A DNA stretch of 64,000 nucleotides from Ruditapes philippinarum (lineage: Eukaryota). The translations under genes and the position numbers were made by a program. Of this stretch, positions 52,641-64,000 are shown piece by piece (the first letter of the stretch is position 1; each line of letters starts with the position of its first letter). Under the pieces are notes generated by a model. It was not told the DNA's origin and ran no database searches. It saw nothing but the letters and a program-made list of their open reading frames with translations. Location: positions 1-64,000 of the forward strand of contig NW_026855281.1 in assembly GCF_026571515.1 (NCBI RefSeq), in the 5' to 3' direction.

Positions 52641-53493
52641 AAATATTTGTACATAATATGTAATCATTAAAATATATGCATTCATTTCTTATTGAAAACA
52701 ATGACTTAGAAAAACAAGAATAAAGATCAACAAGGAAAAGGCAACGTTCACAGAACGCAGAAATTAGACCATAGAAAATATTTTTTATTACCTCCATTTA
52801 TTTACATGGAATGTTAAATTCGGTAACATCTTTATAAATAATGTTTTTTGCACTTACAATAAAAAACATCTTAAATTTGAGCAAAATAGTCATGACATAA
52901 AACCATAAAATATTTGTGTTACAGGATCTTAAATGCTTATCAAATTATTACGGAAAACCTGTCAATAAGAAAAAACGATATTAACATTTCATAAATATTT
53001 CACAAATATGGTTTGATTGTCGCATATCTCCTGGTAACGTAATTAAACTGCTCATAAGGGAACATTTCATTTAAGAAGTACTGTCACAAAATACGAGGAA
53101 TTTGCCCTTATTAGGCTGGATGCTGAAATAATTATATGTTTATTTCTTATCATGTGAATGAGTTATTTGTTACCCGAAATTATAAACATAATTTTATATG
53201 ATATAAAAATGTCTAACCTATATCAAGATATATTCTCACTTAAATTTTAACCTTAGTATGTACATGAAACATACAATCTTATGTTATTAGTATGTTTCAC
53301 TTCACTGTGGATTCATGTTTACATAAGCGATAAAGCAATGATATTAGACCACTTAATGCGTCAGCAATCGCTTTTGATAACTTGAGTGTTATCATAGACG
53401 CTGATAGAAGCCAATTTAATTAGTTATATGTAATAGTTTTGTAATTATAACACAATTATTAAGATAGTCAACCTGTCTTGATCTTGAATCATA

Positions 53494-54403
53494 ATGGAGG
53501 CTTCTTTGTCTATTTGTTCTGATGAATTGCGGGAAATCTTTTGTGAACCTTGCGGCAAGGATCGACAAACAAACTTAGCAGAAGGATTTTGTGCTGACTG
53601 CTCTGAATATTTATGTGGTCTGTGTTATAAGTATCACAAGCGCTTTAGGCAATTTGAACACCATGTTCTACAAGATAAAAACAGCATGCCTTTTGATCCA
53701 ATGCATACTGTATCGGACTCGGCAATGTCGAAAGATGTCTGTATTACAAAGTGTCGGACACACACCGATAAAGTTGTGGAATATATCTGCATGTCCTGTG
53801 ATCTAGTTGGATGTCACGACTGCATTACGAACGATCATGAATTATGCGAAAGTGTAAGACATATTCCGATCGAAGTGAAAAAATCTAAGACATCAGTAGA
53901 AATTCAAGGCTTTGCAAGAAAACTGGATGCGATGAATGAAAATGTCAAGGAGTTACAGAACAAGATTTCCAAGAATTTCCATGTTTCCGACGGTATGACC
54001 AAGACAGCCCTTTCAGACCTTGGTCAACAGAAAGAACAGCTTTTAACTTTTTTTGAGCGCCTCTTTGAAAAGATCAAATCGGATCTAAAAGAAAAACAAA
54101 ACACAGATAATCAAGTATTCACAGATTGTCTGAAAGAATTGACAATTCTACACACGGATTTGCAGGAAAAGATAGCCAGGATGAGTAATTTAGAGAAAAT
54201 TAATCAAACTTGTGAAATTTTCATTTTTATGAAAGACACACAAACATTATTAAAAAATATGAAGAGTGACATGGAGAAAATTTCCAGAAATGGACAAGAG
54301 ACGGCTGTCAGATACGATCGATCTATAGAGATTGACGATATTAAAGACGAGATTGCAGATGTTGGATATCTGGTATTCGGTGAATCTGTCAAGAATAAGA
54401 CAA
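53494..54403 (+). CDS. First coding exon: two B-box zinc fingers plus coiled coil
   Basis: ataATGG start; 910 nt; donor A|GTAAGT at 54403/54404. Confidence 0.9.
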
Positions 54404-57400
54404 GTAAGTTAAAATGCATTATAAAAAATAACACATTTAAGTGTGTGGTGATTTCAAAAACGGTTTTTAATTTTCAAACATATTTTTTAAAATTGCCATG
54501 GTAAAATTAGTTTAAAAGATTTTTGATAATATTCATCACAAATTTTACTTATCTTAAAACATTTTGCACCGTGTTTTTTCACTTTGTAATAACTAACAAA
54601 ATTAAGTGGCTGAATTACGTCAAGTGATATGATCTCTTATTTTAGACGAAAAAGCAACACGTGGACATACACAAATGAAGTCACGTCTTACTTTGTCGTG
54701 TCTTAGTGTTTAAGAGGTGACAAAAGGAAAATACAAAATACAAAGCAACTTAAAACACATAACAGTTTTCTTATTTTCGGTTCTATTTTGTCATGTCTTC
54801 GAGTATTGTTTTTGCCTTTTTTAATTTTGTAAACAACTAAGGGATCACAAAAACTTTAAAAGATTAAACAAACAATGAAACTGATATCATTTGTAGAGAT
54901 CGACTCGAAGGAAACAAGGATGGAAAAAGTAATCAACAGTTTAAACCTTGAAAATCAGGATCTCAAGAATGACATTGGTAGGATGCAGGCTCAAGTAAAT
55001 GACCTTTGCAAACAAAATACCCAGTTAAAAACACAGGTATGTGCATTTCATTTATTAGACGCTGATGAACAACATGTCACAGAAGTTTACGGGATTAGAA
55101 TAAACTTTTAACTGAAGTGTTAGTGCCATGTTTTAATATCATATTCTTTTCATCATTATCTAATTTTATCTACATATTAAATAACGTGCCAATGAGCCAG
55201 TCTATAGTCGACCGTTGAGAGAGGTAACGGCTGGACAGTGTCACTCACTTCACTTGCTCCGCCCCTGTTGAAATTCGGGTCCGCCTTAAAGTTTCGCCAA
55301 ATTAAATATGATGATCCGTATGCTAGCATTTAGTCTCCGTTGACGGGGCGGAGGGAAACCAGGACAGCTTTGATCAATATCACTTGTTGAATCATCAAAT
55401 AACAAGTTACAAAGCCTAAACAACGCCAACTATCAGAGAGGCGGTTCTCCTTCATCCATTAAGAAAGTACGCCGGTAACGCTACGGCCAGTAAGGGGAAT
55501 TCACTGCATAACAGTTTGTCCTCCAAATAATTCGGACATTATGCAGTTCGAACCCATATTTAAATGGACATTTTCTTGGCACATATTGTCTTAAATTTAT
55601 TTTAAGTATACCAAGTTGTATTTCAATTTTACTTATTCTCCAATTTATTTTGCTTCGATATTTGTTGCAACAGACAAACATTTCAGAATTTATTTCAGAC
55701 ATGGCATTTTCTTGTGGATTTATGTATTAGGTTCTACTTTTTCACAAAATATGCAACTTTATTATTTAACAACGAGCGAACACCAAGAAAATGGAGAAAA
55801 AATTGATTTATGATTCGGATATTCAACTGAAATAAAGAACGATTTTCAATGCTGATTGACTGTTCACATATTTTGGCGGCGTCTTTGATGTGCAGCATCA
55901 ACATTTAACTTATTTAACATTTAACAGTTATATTTAACCCACCTGCGAACAGACGATGGATAATATGGTGATAGTCTTCGTCCGTCAATCTTTAATTCTG
56001 TCTTTCAGTCCTATATATTTGTCCGGAGTGTTACTCTACGAGGGTTGTCCCAAAATATCGTAGACAAAGCCTGTTACTCAATCAATTATAATACAATTGA
56101 GTCCTCCAGCTAGGGAAAAGTCAATACACCTTTTATGTGTGTCTATGCAAAATAAAATCAAAATACCTTCAAAATTGACCAAGTTATCAAAATTTAAAGA
56201 ATGCTACCTATACATACCCGGCGTACGCCGTCATAAACGTCATGACGGTATAACATTTTTTTTTTAAATTTTCAAAGTATTCACCGTGTTTCGCGATGCA
56301 CTGACAGTGTGGGGTAACCCAATTTTATCATAAACGTTTTCAAAACAGTCCTGCTTCAATGTACTCAACCCTCGCAGAGTTGAGTTTCCTGGCGGAGTTC
56401 GCTGAAGTTTTCGAACATGTGACCTCGTAATTGTGATTTCAAATAAAGAAACACTGCAAAGTCTTAGGGCGTACGGAAGTCTCTGAAAACCTATCACATC
56501 AAGTTCAATCTGTGTCTCCTTAGATCTATCGCAAGGTGCATTATCTTGATAAAATATAATGTTCTCCATGTTGTCAATTAACGCTGGACGCTTCTTCAAC
56601 TTAACATAGTATTCAGTGACATTGCGTTGCGCCGCATTTTCATCTGACGTCGCCATTTTGGGCGTTTTCAAAATAGCACTGCTGTTACGTATTTTGCTAC
56701 AGACTTTTTCAAATTAACGTTACATAAACGTCTGTTGGTGATATGACGTAAAAATGAATGAGGTAATTCCACATGAATGTATTTCCCATAATTATTATTA
56801 TGCTGGAAGTTAAAGGCATTATTTTAAGAAGCATGCTCTCAACACTGACTAATATTTTATCGTGCTCCGGGTATGTTGTACTGTTAAATATAAAACCCTA
56901 ATAAAAAGCGTTACCTAATATATTGGCTATTGACTTTCAGTAGGTAAATTAACAAATGACCAAGGAAGATATCTGGTAAATTTTAATAAGTTATGACGTC
57001 AGGTTGAAGAGAAAATAATGTAGTCTACGACATTTTGGGACAACCCTCGTAAAAGTATTGTGATATCTATTTTACCTGCTCCCTGAATAATGTATATATG
57101 ACTGAAAACACATTTTGTTAATTGATAGGTAAAGAATCGAAATAACATCTTCAATTTTATCTCTCTTACATCAATGTAAGGTTTGTAAGCGTTTGTACTG
57201 TGATATACTTTAATATTATCATATTTCATGGTTTACAAATACTTAGTTTGTGCACAATAAGTTTCAATACTTTGTACATGCATTGATAATCTTTCTATTC
57301 TTTGACAAAAATAAAGAAAAGAATATCCAAATTTGGAACAGGCAAACTTGTATTTCAGGTAGACAAAGAAAAAACGGTATTGAACACCGAGATTCAAAAC

Positions 57401-60400
57401 CTCAAACAGGGCTATGAAGCAAGGTATCGTTAACTTTTAATTTTTCGTAGTTTGAAACAAACAATAATTACGTTTAATGTTTTTTTTATGGAAACAGCTC
57501 TCATTTATAAATAAAATCATTCTGTTTTCCGGATGGGTTCTACTTGAATATAAAGATAAAATGTAATATATTCAAACATTTTATCATATGATGTTTCCTT
57601 GATTTGCGACTTTCCCTTCTGACACATATATAAATCGGCAAACAATAGGATTACGTAATAGAAAGAGCACCGAATCAATAGGCTATCTGATTTGTACGAG
57701 GGAGCGTAGCCCCCGAGTATAAATCATATTGCCGAGTGTTTTGGTGTTTTTTCTCTTTTGTATCATAGTCAAACATAAAAATACGTGCCCTGTTGTCCGG
57801 GAAAAAGTAATCAATGATCGAGCATCTGAATATGATATTTCTGCCGCTTTCCCTTTCTCTGCCGTCACAATATGTAAACCCCAGCAAAAATGAGCCAATC
57901 AACGGGCATGATCTGGAGTGCGGGTAACTAATACCTGCACTCCAGTTACCGCACTGTGCATGTATATGTATACGATTTAACTCTGACACTTTTTCAACAG
58001 AAATGTCCCCAAACTATGATACAAGGAACTTCTTCGGGAACAAAACAAAATTTTAAATATAGGTTTCATTGAGCCTTTAAATTGAAAAATGTAAAACTTA
58101 AAAATCCTACAAAGTTTCAATGACATTGATAAGTGGTACAAGTGAGTAGTGCAGACACAATAAAAAAATAAAGATCATTAAATGTGCATAACTCTTACAA
58201 ACATTTTTTCGACCTTATAATGCCTGCGATATGCACTTATATATTTGGTAGTACTGATCATCTCTTTAAAGTTTTGTTGAGATTGCACCAGTAGTTGTTT
58301 AGGAGTAGTCCGGACACATTTTTGTGATGGTCGGACGGATAGACAGGGAAATGATCTTTATATATTTTAACTACACTGTACAGGGGATTATGAAAAGAGG
58401 GCGTCTTACAGTAATGTTGGTGTTCCGGTTTACACTTAAGCGCTGTCCATATATTTTACGAAAACTGGAGAGATGGAGTACTAGACCATAGTCTCGTTCA
58501 ATCATTTTAGTTCAGGAGTGTCATAGTTTTTATGTCATTAATAATTATTAATAACTTTGATTTGTTCCAGGCTAATACGAATATATTTGATATAATAATA
58601 TATGATATGATTAGAGTTATTTAGACACACCTTATCCATGCATTACATAAAGAAGTGTATCGGATTATTCAGAACTAAACAAATTATTCATTTATAATTT
58701 GCCACACTTTTTTACATTATCTACTAAATCACAAAGTACATGTATTGTGTCATTAATTATAATAATTAATTTTAATTTTTCAGACGACGTGAAAAAGATG
58801 AAGCGTATGTATACATATATTACAAAATACTTCTATGGCACTTTGAAAAACGCAATGCAAGAATATGTTCTACGGATTAGTTCTTTTATTTGTTCTACTA
58901 ATATGTGTAAACTGAATACAATTTATTATATGTAAAATTTAAGTCCGTCTCTGAAAAGCATATTCAATTTATATTATGTATTTTTATATTAAATATATTC
59001 GTATAAGTTTGAAATATATCGAATATAATAAACATTATTGAAGAATAGCATAATTTTATGGCACTTTGAAAAATGCAATGCAAGAATATTTTTTCACGGA
59101 TGATGATATATTGATGGCTTTATTAATTTGATTTATGTGTCAATGTAATAAATTAATGTATTATTAATAAAATTTCAGTTCGTTGTTGAGATGCATTTTA
59201 CATAGTTACATTTAAAAAAAAAATATTCACCTGGTATTGTTAGATCAAATATCGTCCTGCAAGCTGGAATTTCTGAAATTATTTAGACAAAATTATATTT
59301 GCCTCATTATCATATGATATTGTTGCTAAAATGAGTGACAAATCAAGTGCAATTATATACGTTGCACGCTTTCTTGTTTATGTAAACAAATTTTTATTTT
59401 TATTAGAAAAACAAAATATTATGTTTGTATGAGTACATCAAAACATTTTTGTTTAATGGAAACCTTGGCTATAGTTTGGAAAAATAACTTTCATTTTGAC
59501 AGAATTTTGATGAAAAGGAAGACACGTTTTGACAGCATTAAGATCTTTAATTCGAATCATACAACAACTTGGCTAGGGTTTTGATACACATACAAAAAAT
59601 ATGAAACACGAAGTCATTTTTTGGAAAATATGATTTCAACAGATATCTCTATATAGCATAATCAAAAGCATTATCAATTAATCGTTGTTTAAAAGTTTGT
59701 TAGAAAAACCTCTCGTTTTAGTTTTGATATGCAAGAATGCCAAATTTATTTTTTTTAATTTATATGTGTGCAACTAAAATAGATAACTATAAGTAAGATT
59801 ATACATTCGCCTTTTGATATGTAGTTTACAGAGCAATATTTTTATAACATATGCATTTGTTATTGTTATATGAGTTAACATCTAAAGAACAATTGTATAT
59901 ACTTTTATATATCTTTACGAACTCTTATCTCGGGCAGTATCATACATGTTAGAATATATGAAATGATTGAGAAAAAAAAATTATTTATAATTCTCAAACA
60001 TGATTATGATGGAATAAAGCGATTAAGTCCATCTAAATATTTTGTTAAATAGGAAATATATTTGATGTAAAAGTGATGTCATATAAAATGCATATTTTGA
60101 CAGTTTTATGAAAGAAAAAATGAAACGTTTCGATAGCATTAAGATCTTGAATGCAAAAAGTAATACAGTTAGGAAGAACAAAAATCGGCTATAGTTTTTA
60201 GGTACAAAATTGAAACACTTAAGTCCATGTAGCGAAAAAGGAATCACAATTCACACAGATCCCGTACATTGTTGAGTTTCTTATGCCTTTAATAATGTTT
60301 ATTGTCTTCGATATATTTCAAACTTATACGAATATATTTGATATAATAATACATAAATAATTCAACGTGTTAGGACAAGGTTTAGGACACGTTATCTCTC

Positions 60401-61505
60401 GCAATACTAAAAGAAATGTATCGGGTTATTGATGACTTATAAATAACAAATTGATTTATTGTTGGAATGTCCTTCCCTACGTCATTCTTCTGTGAATATT
60501 AACCTTTCCTTAACAACTACGTCATATGTCATTATTTATGATAAATTTAATTGAATGTTTCAGACTACGTCAAATGGAAAGAGAGTAAGTATACATAAAT
60601 TACAAAAACAATTTAAAGACAATTTGAAAAAAATGCAAAAATAGGTTAAACGAATAGGCAAATATAGCACACATACGTTAAAAAATCTTCTGCTTTAAAA
60701 CTAAAATGTCAAGTACTTATTTGATATAAATTATTATCTTGTGGTATTCTAATATGTAATTTAAATTAAGGCTTAGGAATGCCAAAATCCCGGTATTCCT
60801 TAATTTACATTACACATTTTCAGGAAAACACATTGAAAGTTTCTTTAGTTTTTTACATTGACTTTTTTTATTCATTTTCATGCATCTTTCATCAACTGGT
60901 CCCGCCTTAGAGTTACATAGACTTATTAAGGACAGCGCATTTAAATATTGTTTTGAAAGGGATGAGTTAAAGCAAGAATCATTACCAAATTAATATGTAA
61001 TAGAGTTTTATGGATGCTGTCCCTATTGAAACCAACCAAATGAATACCAAACTGAATACTCACTTCTGAATAAAATAAATATGGTATTTCCTATTAGTAT
61101 TTTTGATGAGCTATCTGGCACCGTCATAGTCTCATGGTTATGGTTTAGATGTACGACATCATTTTAACGTTAATGCCTATTTTTAACAAGACTATAGCAA
61201 TAATAAACAATAGAAAAAAAACAGGACTATTAATAATAGATCTCAAATTTACTGATGGAAAGGTTCTGTTTACCAAATAATGCGTAATGCTAATTATTAT
61301 ATATTTTTGTTTCAGACATCAGCTGTATGACATTAAAATGTCGAATATTGTTTGATTGATTAATTGATTGATTGATTATAACATTCTTTGCCGAAGCAAG
61401 TTCTCATGCTTTATTTGTTTAATATATACAACATTTTGATGAATATTTTCAAAATAAAAAGAACCTCATTATAACGATAGTTAAATTTCTTATTTATTAT
61501 TATTA

Positions 61506-61568
<63 letters not shown>

Positions 61569-63890
61569 GTTTAATATAATCTGCTTGTTTCAGATTACGT
61601 ACAAAAGAGACGTAAGTATACTAAATACTGATTTTGAGATAATATGATAAGCGTAGCACAAAAACCAATGCTCAATCAGTTTATTGGATTAATTTATTGA
61701 TTGGTTTATTGTTTAATGTTATGGAGGAATAATAAATATTTTTGCCCAAAAGCTAGAATTTCGTTCTTACATATTGGCAATATGCATTCTATTCTTTTAA
61801 TCGTAATAAATGGCTCAAAAATGCCGAAAATGGTGGCGACGTTTCAGTTAATATTCTTAGCATATTTGCTTGTTTAATTTAAATTATAACCCTTTAAAAA
61901 GGCTGCGTTCTGTACTGATAGAATTTTCTAAAAGTTCAGTACAATATGAAGGTGAAATAATTTATAAAAGTATTGTGATCTGAGATACACTTCGGCTCAT
62001 TGTGTTTATTGACTACTTCTCATCACTAAAAAGACATAATACTTAATTTGTTGTTTTCGTTTTCATAAGATAAAAACTGATTATTAAATTCCTTTTTTTT
62101 CTTCAGCCAACTCAAACATGAACAAGAAGAGTAAGTATATTTGATACGGCTTTAAAATACATTGTCATTTGATAATAGCCACACTCTCGTTGGTTCAAAA
62201 TTAGTCAACAGAACAATTTATAAAATCATATTCACAGGGTGTAGTGTCATAATCAGTAGCTGAACTGGATTTTCCAAAGCTAAAAATTGAATGAGCCTCA
62301 TATTCAATAATCATACAGCTAAGACAATTAACTGTGCGTGCGTAAATCACCGAGTGAATATGAGTTATGAATAGGCGAAGCATCTAAAATGGATTCATAC
62401 TCATACCAAATGACCATACAACATAGCCTTTTTGAAAATGTTGCATTTAGATCTTTATTGCATATTTCTTGAATAGGTAAAAGTAACACCGCAATGACAA
62501 TTACATTGATAACTTGTTTATAATAAAGGGTGAATTTTGGGTTTTATTTTTATCTTAAGCTGATCATATACATGTAATTATCACCTGGCCAATATGACAT
62601 TTACTGTTGAAAATCACATCATATTCAATGGCTCACAAGTAAATAATTGTGTTATAAAATCTGTACACCGCAAAACATGTGAAGTATTGACGGTTGGATA
62701 AACTATTTAAGGTTTGTCCCAGCTAATGCATTACCTTTACTTTGAAGAGTATTCAAATAGGCTAGAACTACTGTCCACTGTATTGAAATTAAGGGGCATG
62801 GGTTCAAGCCCTAGAAGAGGCACTTTTTTTCTTTCTGTTTTTTTTAAACATTATATATGTGTTTCTCGGGTCGTTCTTGGTAAAAAAGGGTATTTCATTT
62901 TAATTAAAAAATAATTTTCAGTATTTGTTTGGCTTAATTATGATTAATTAATTATCAAATATGGTACCTGATATTTTCAAAGTCTTAATTGATTTTGAAT
63001 TTAAATTTGAAAGTTTAAAAATTATTGAACTTTATTTAAAGGAGTGAACTTTAACATTTTTCAAAAATGTCTTAAGAAAAAATTATTTGCATGTATTTGA
63101 TATTTTGATAGAACATGAATTATTTATAAATTTGTTTTGCAATGAGATAAGTCAAAGCAAAAATTCATGAATTTGCATTCACGCGTTCACAACTTTACGT
63201 GTTCTTTCATCACCAGACATGATCATGCACGTTGTTATTGTAGCAAGATAGTTTAGTTTTTGACTCATGAGCATAACAGAGCACATATTGCGCAAGAAAA
63301 ATGATCTCCCCATATTCGTCTTCAGTCGTTCGTCGCCTGTCATTTACCTTTTAACTTTACTTTGATAACATCTTTTTTCTACATAAGGTTAAGTGATTAA
63401 ACTGTACATAGCAAACAACTTGACGGTTTCTGTTTTATACAAAATTACCTACATGAATCCAGTCTTTAGCATATATAAATAAAATCCGGAAAAAATAAAT
63501 TAACTTCTTTTCTCAACATCCTTTAAAGAATTTATTTATGGATTGGCCCTTTTCTTTAAAAGTGAAGATGTACAAAATAGTTTTGGCCTGTTGAGCATGT
63601 GAGAAAGCTATCCAGCTAGCTTAAAGAACGTCGGTGGTTCTACCCGGGTGAACGTTCAAGCCTGAAATAATGCACAAAGTTTCCCTCAACACGTACATAT
63701 GTCCTCTATTGTGTTGATGTGACATTAAACCCAACACTTGAATTTGATATCGCATACACAAATGAAATCCTGTCTATCGACTACATTTAATTATCAAAAA
63801 GAAGTTTCATGTACTACTGTTTGCTTTTTCATATGATGAAAACTAATATTTACATTTAATTTGTTTCAGACTACGTAGAATACAAGAGAT
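53494..63890 (+). CDS. RING-less tandem B-box / coiled-coil (TRIM-like) gene, 3'-incomplete; exons 53494-54403, 54897-55036, 57359-57423, then microexons 58784-58804, 60564-60584, 61316-61324, 61594-61611, 62107-62130, 63870-63890
   Basis: B-box1 CEPC...CADCSEYLCGLCYKYH...HH, B-box2 CRTH...CMSCDLVGCHDCITNDHELC, then coiled coil. All junctions are AG/GT with consistent phases (1, 0, then 2 throughout) and the joined frame has no stop. Confidence 0.82.
56039..57049 (-). mobile_element. Mariner (Tc1/mariner) internally deleted element, 1011 bp
   Basis: TIRs CGAGGGTTGTCCCAAAAT(A/G)TCGTAGAC flanked by TA at 56037-38 and 57050-51. Transposase C-terminal remnants IIFYQDNAP, YLKSQLRG..FEN, GEYFEN on the minus strand. 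Confidence 0.92.
58784..58804 (+). CDS. Microexon 1 (21 nt, phase 2-2; RREKDEA)
   Basis: tttttcag|ACGACGTGAAAAAGATGAAGC|gtatgt. Confidence 0.75.
60564..60584 (+). CDS. Microexon 2 (21 nt; LRQMERE)
   Basis: tgtttcag|ACTACGTCAAATGGAAAGAGA|gtaagt. Confidence 0.8.
61316..61324 (+). CDS. Microexon 3 (9 nt; HQL)
   Basis: tttttgtttcag|ACATCAGCT|gtatga. Confidence 0.55.
61490..61568. repeat. (ATT)n microsatellite just upstream of microexon 4
   Basis: Directly visible. Confidence 0.95.
61594..61611 (+). CDS. Microexon 4 (18 nt; LRTKET)
   Basis: ttgtttcag|ATTACGTACAAAAGAGAC|gtaagt. Confidence 0.78.
62107..62130 (+). CDS. Microexon 5 (24 nt; QLKHEQEE)
   Basis: ttttttttcttcag|CCAACTCAAACATGAACAAGAAGA|gtaagt. 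Confidence 0.78.
63594..63737 (+). mobile_element. Truncated bivalve tRNA-derived SINE (MetaSINE-like core and tail)
   Basis: atgtgagaaagctatccagctagcttaaagaacgtcggtggttctacccgggtg...cctgaaataatgcac...tgtgacattaaacccaac matches my recollection of a common bivalve SINE body; the head is missing. Confidence 0.55.
63870..63890 (+). CDS. Microexon 6 (21 nt; LRRIQE plus split codon)
   Basis: ttgtttcag|ACTACGTAGAATACAAGAGAT|gtaagt. Confidence 0.8.
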
Positions 63891-64000
63891 GTAAGTATAT
63901 TATTTAGTAAACGATTAATAAATATAGTTATAAAATAAGATTAAACAAGATTTAAATCGGTTGTGTGTCCAATGATTAAGAGCAAAGCAACAATTCTTCA

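Noticed and set aside
54404-54504. C-terminal 33 aa of the 336-aa ORF as true protein end
   Set aside because: A strong GTAAGT donor at 54404 and a phase-matched downstream exon indicate read-through into intron; intron retention cannot be excluded.
59503-59525. Additional microexon candidate (gacag|...|gtttt)
   Set aside because: 23 nt (frameshifting), weak donor, and part of a local duplication also seen at ~60095-60150.
62755-62832. tRNA gene (B-box-like GGTTCAAGCCC followed by a T-run)
   Set aside because: No convincing cloverleaf or A box; at most a decayed tRNA/SINE head.

Overview
AT-rich, intron-containing animal genomic DNA, most consistent with a bivalve mollusc (HSPA12 gene, RING-less B-box gene, Helentron/HINE-type repeats). 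It has three N-gaps and one stretch of apparently poor consensus quality (~38-42.4 kb). Two host genes are recognisable, both on the + strand. (1) An intact HSPA12 (Hsp70-12 family) gene with four conserved exons at 21213-24688, candidate 5' exons at ~7.9-8.2 kb, and a degraded partial duplicate at 31.4-33.3 kb. (2) A tandem B-box/coiled-coil (TRIM-like) gene starting at 53494 and running off the window end. Its coiled coil is extended by at least six symmetric phase-2 microexons of 9-24 nt (three of them 21 nt, one heptad) that appear to have arisen by exon-plus-flank duplication; this is the most striking observation. The rest is transposon debris: a Gmr1-type Ty3/Gypsy element (integrase before RT), several LINE fragments, a DIRS-like gag fragment, an Academ-like transposase relic, a mariner deletion derivative, a Kolobok-type MITE, HINE/pearl-like elements and a SINE fragment. 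There is also a hairpin-rich ~284-bp mobile tandem repeat showing a compensatory base change, interleaved with short insertions of a probable Penelope-like terminus that repeatedly truncate or fold back at the same palindrome. All calls come from manual reading; no database search was run.
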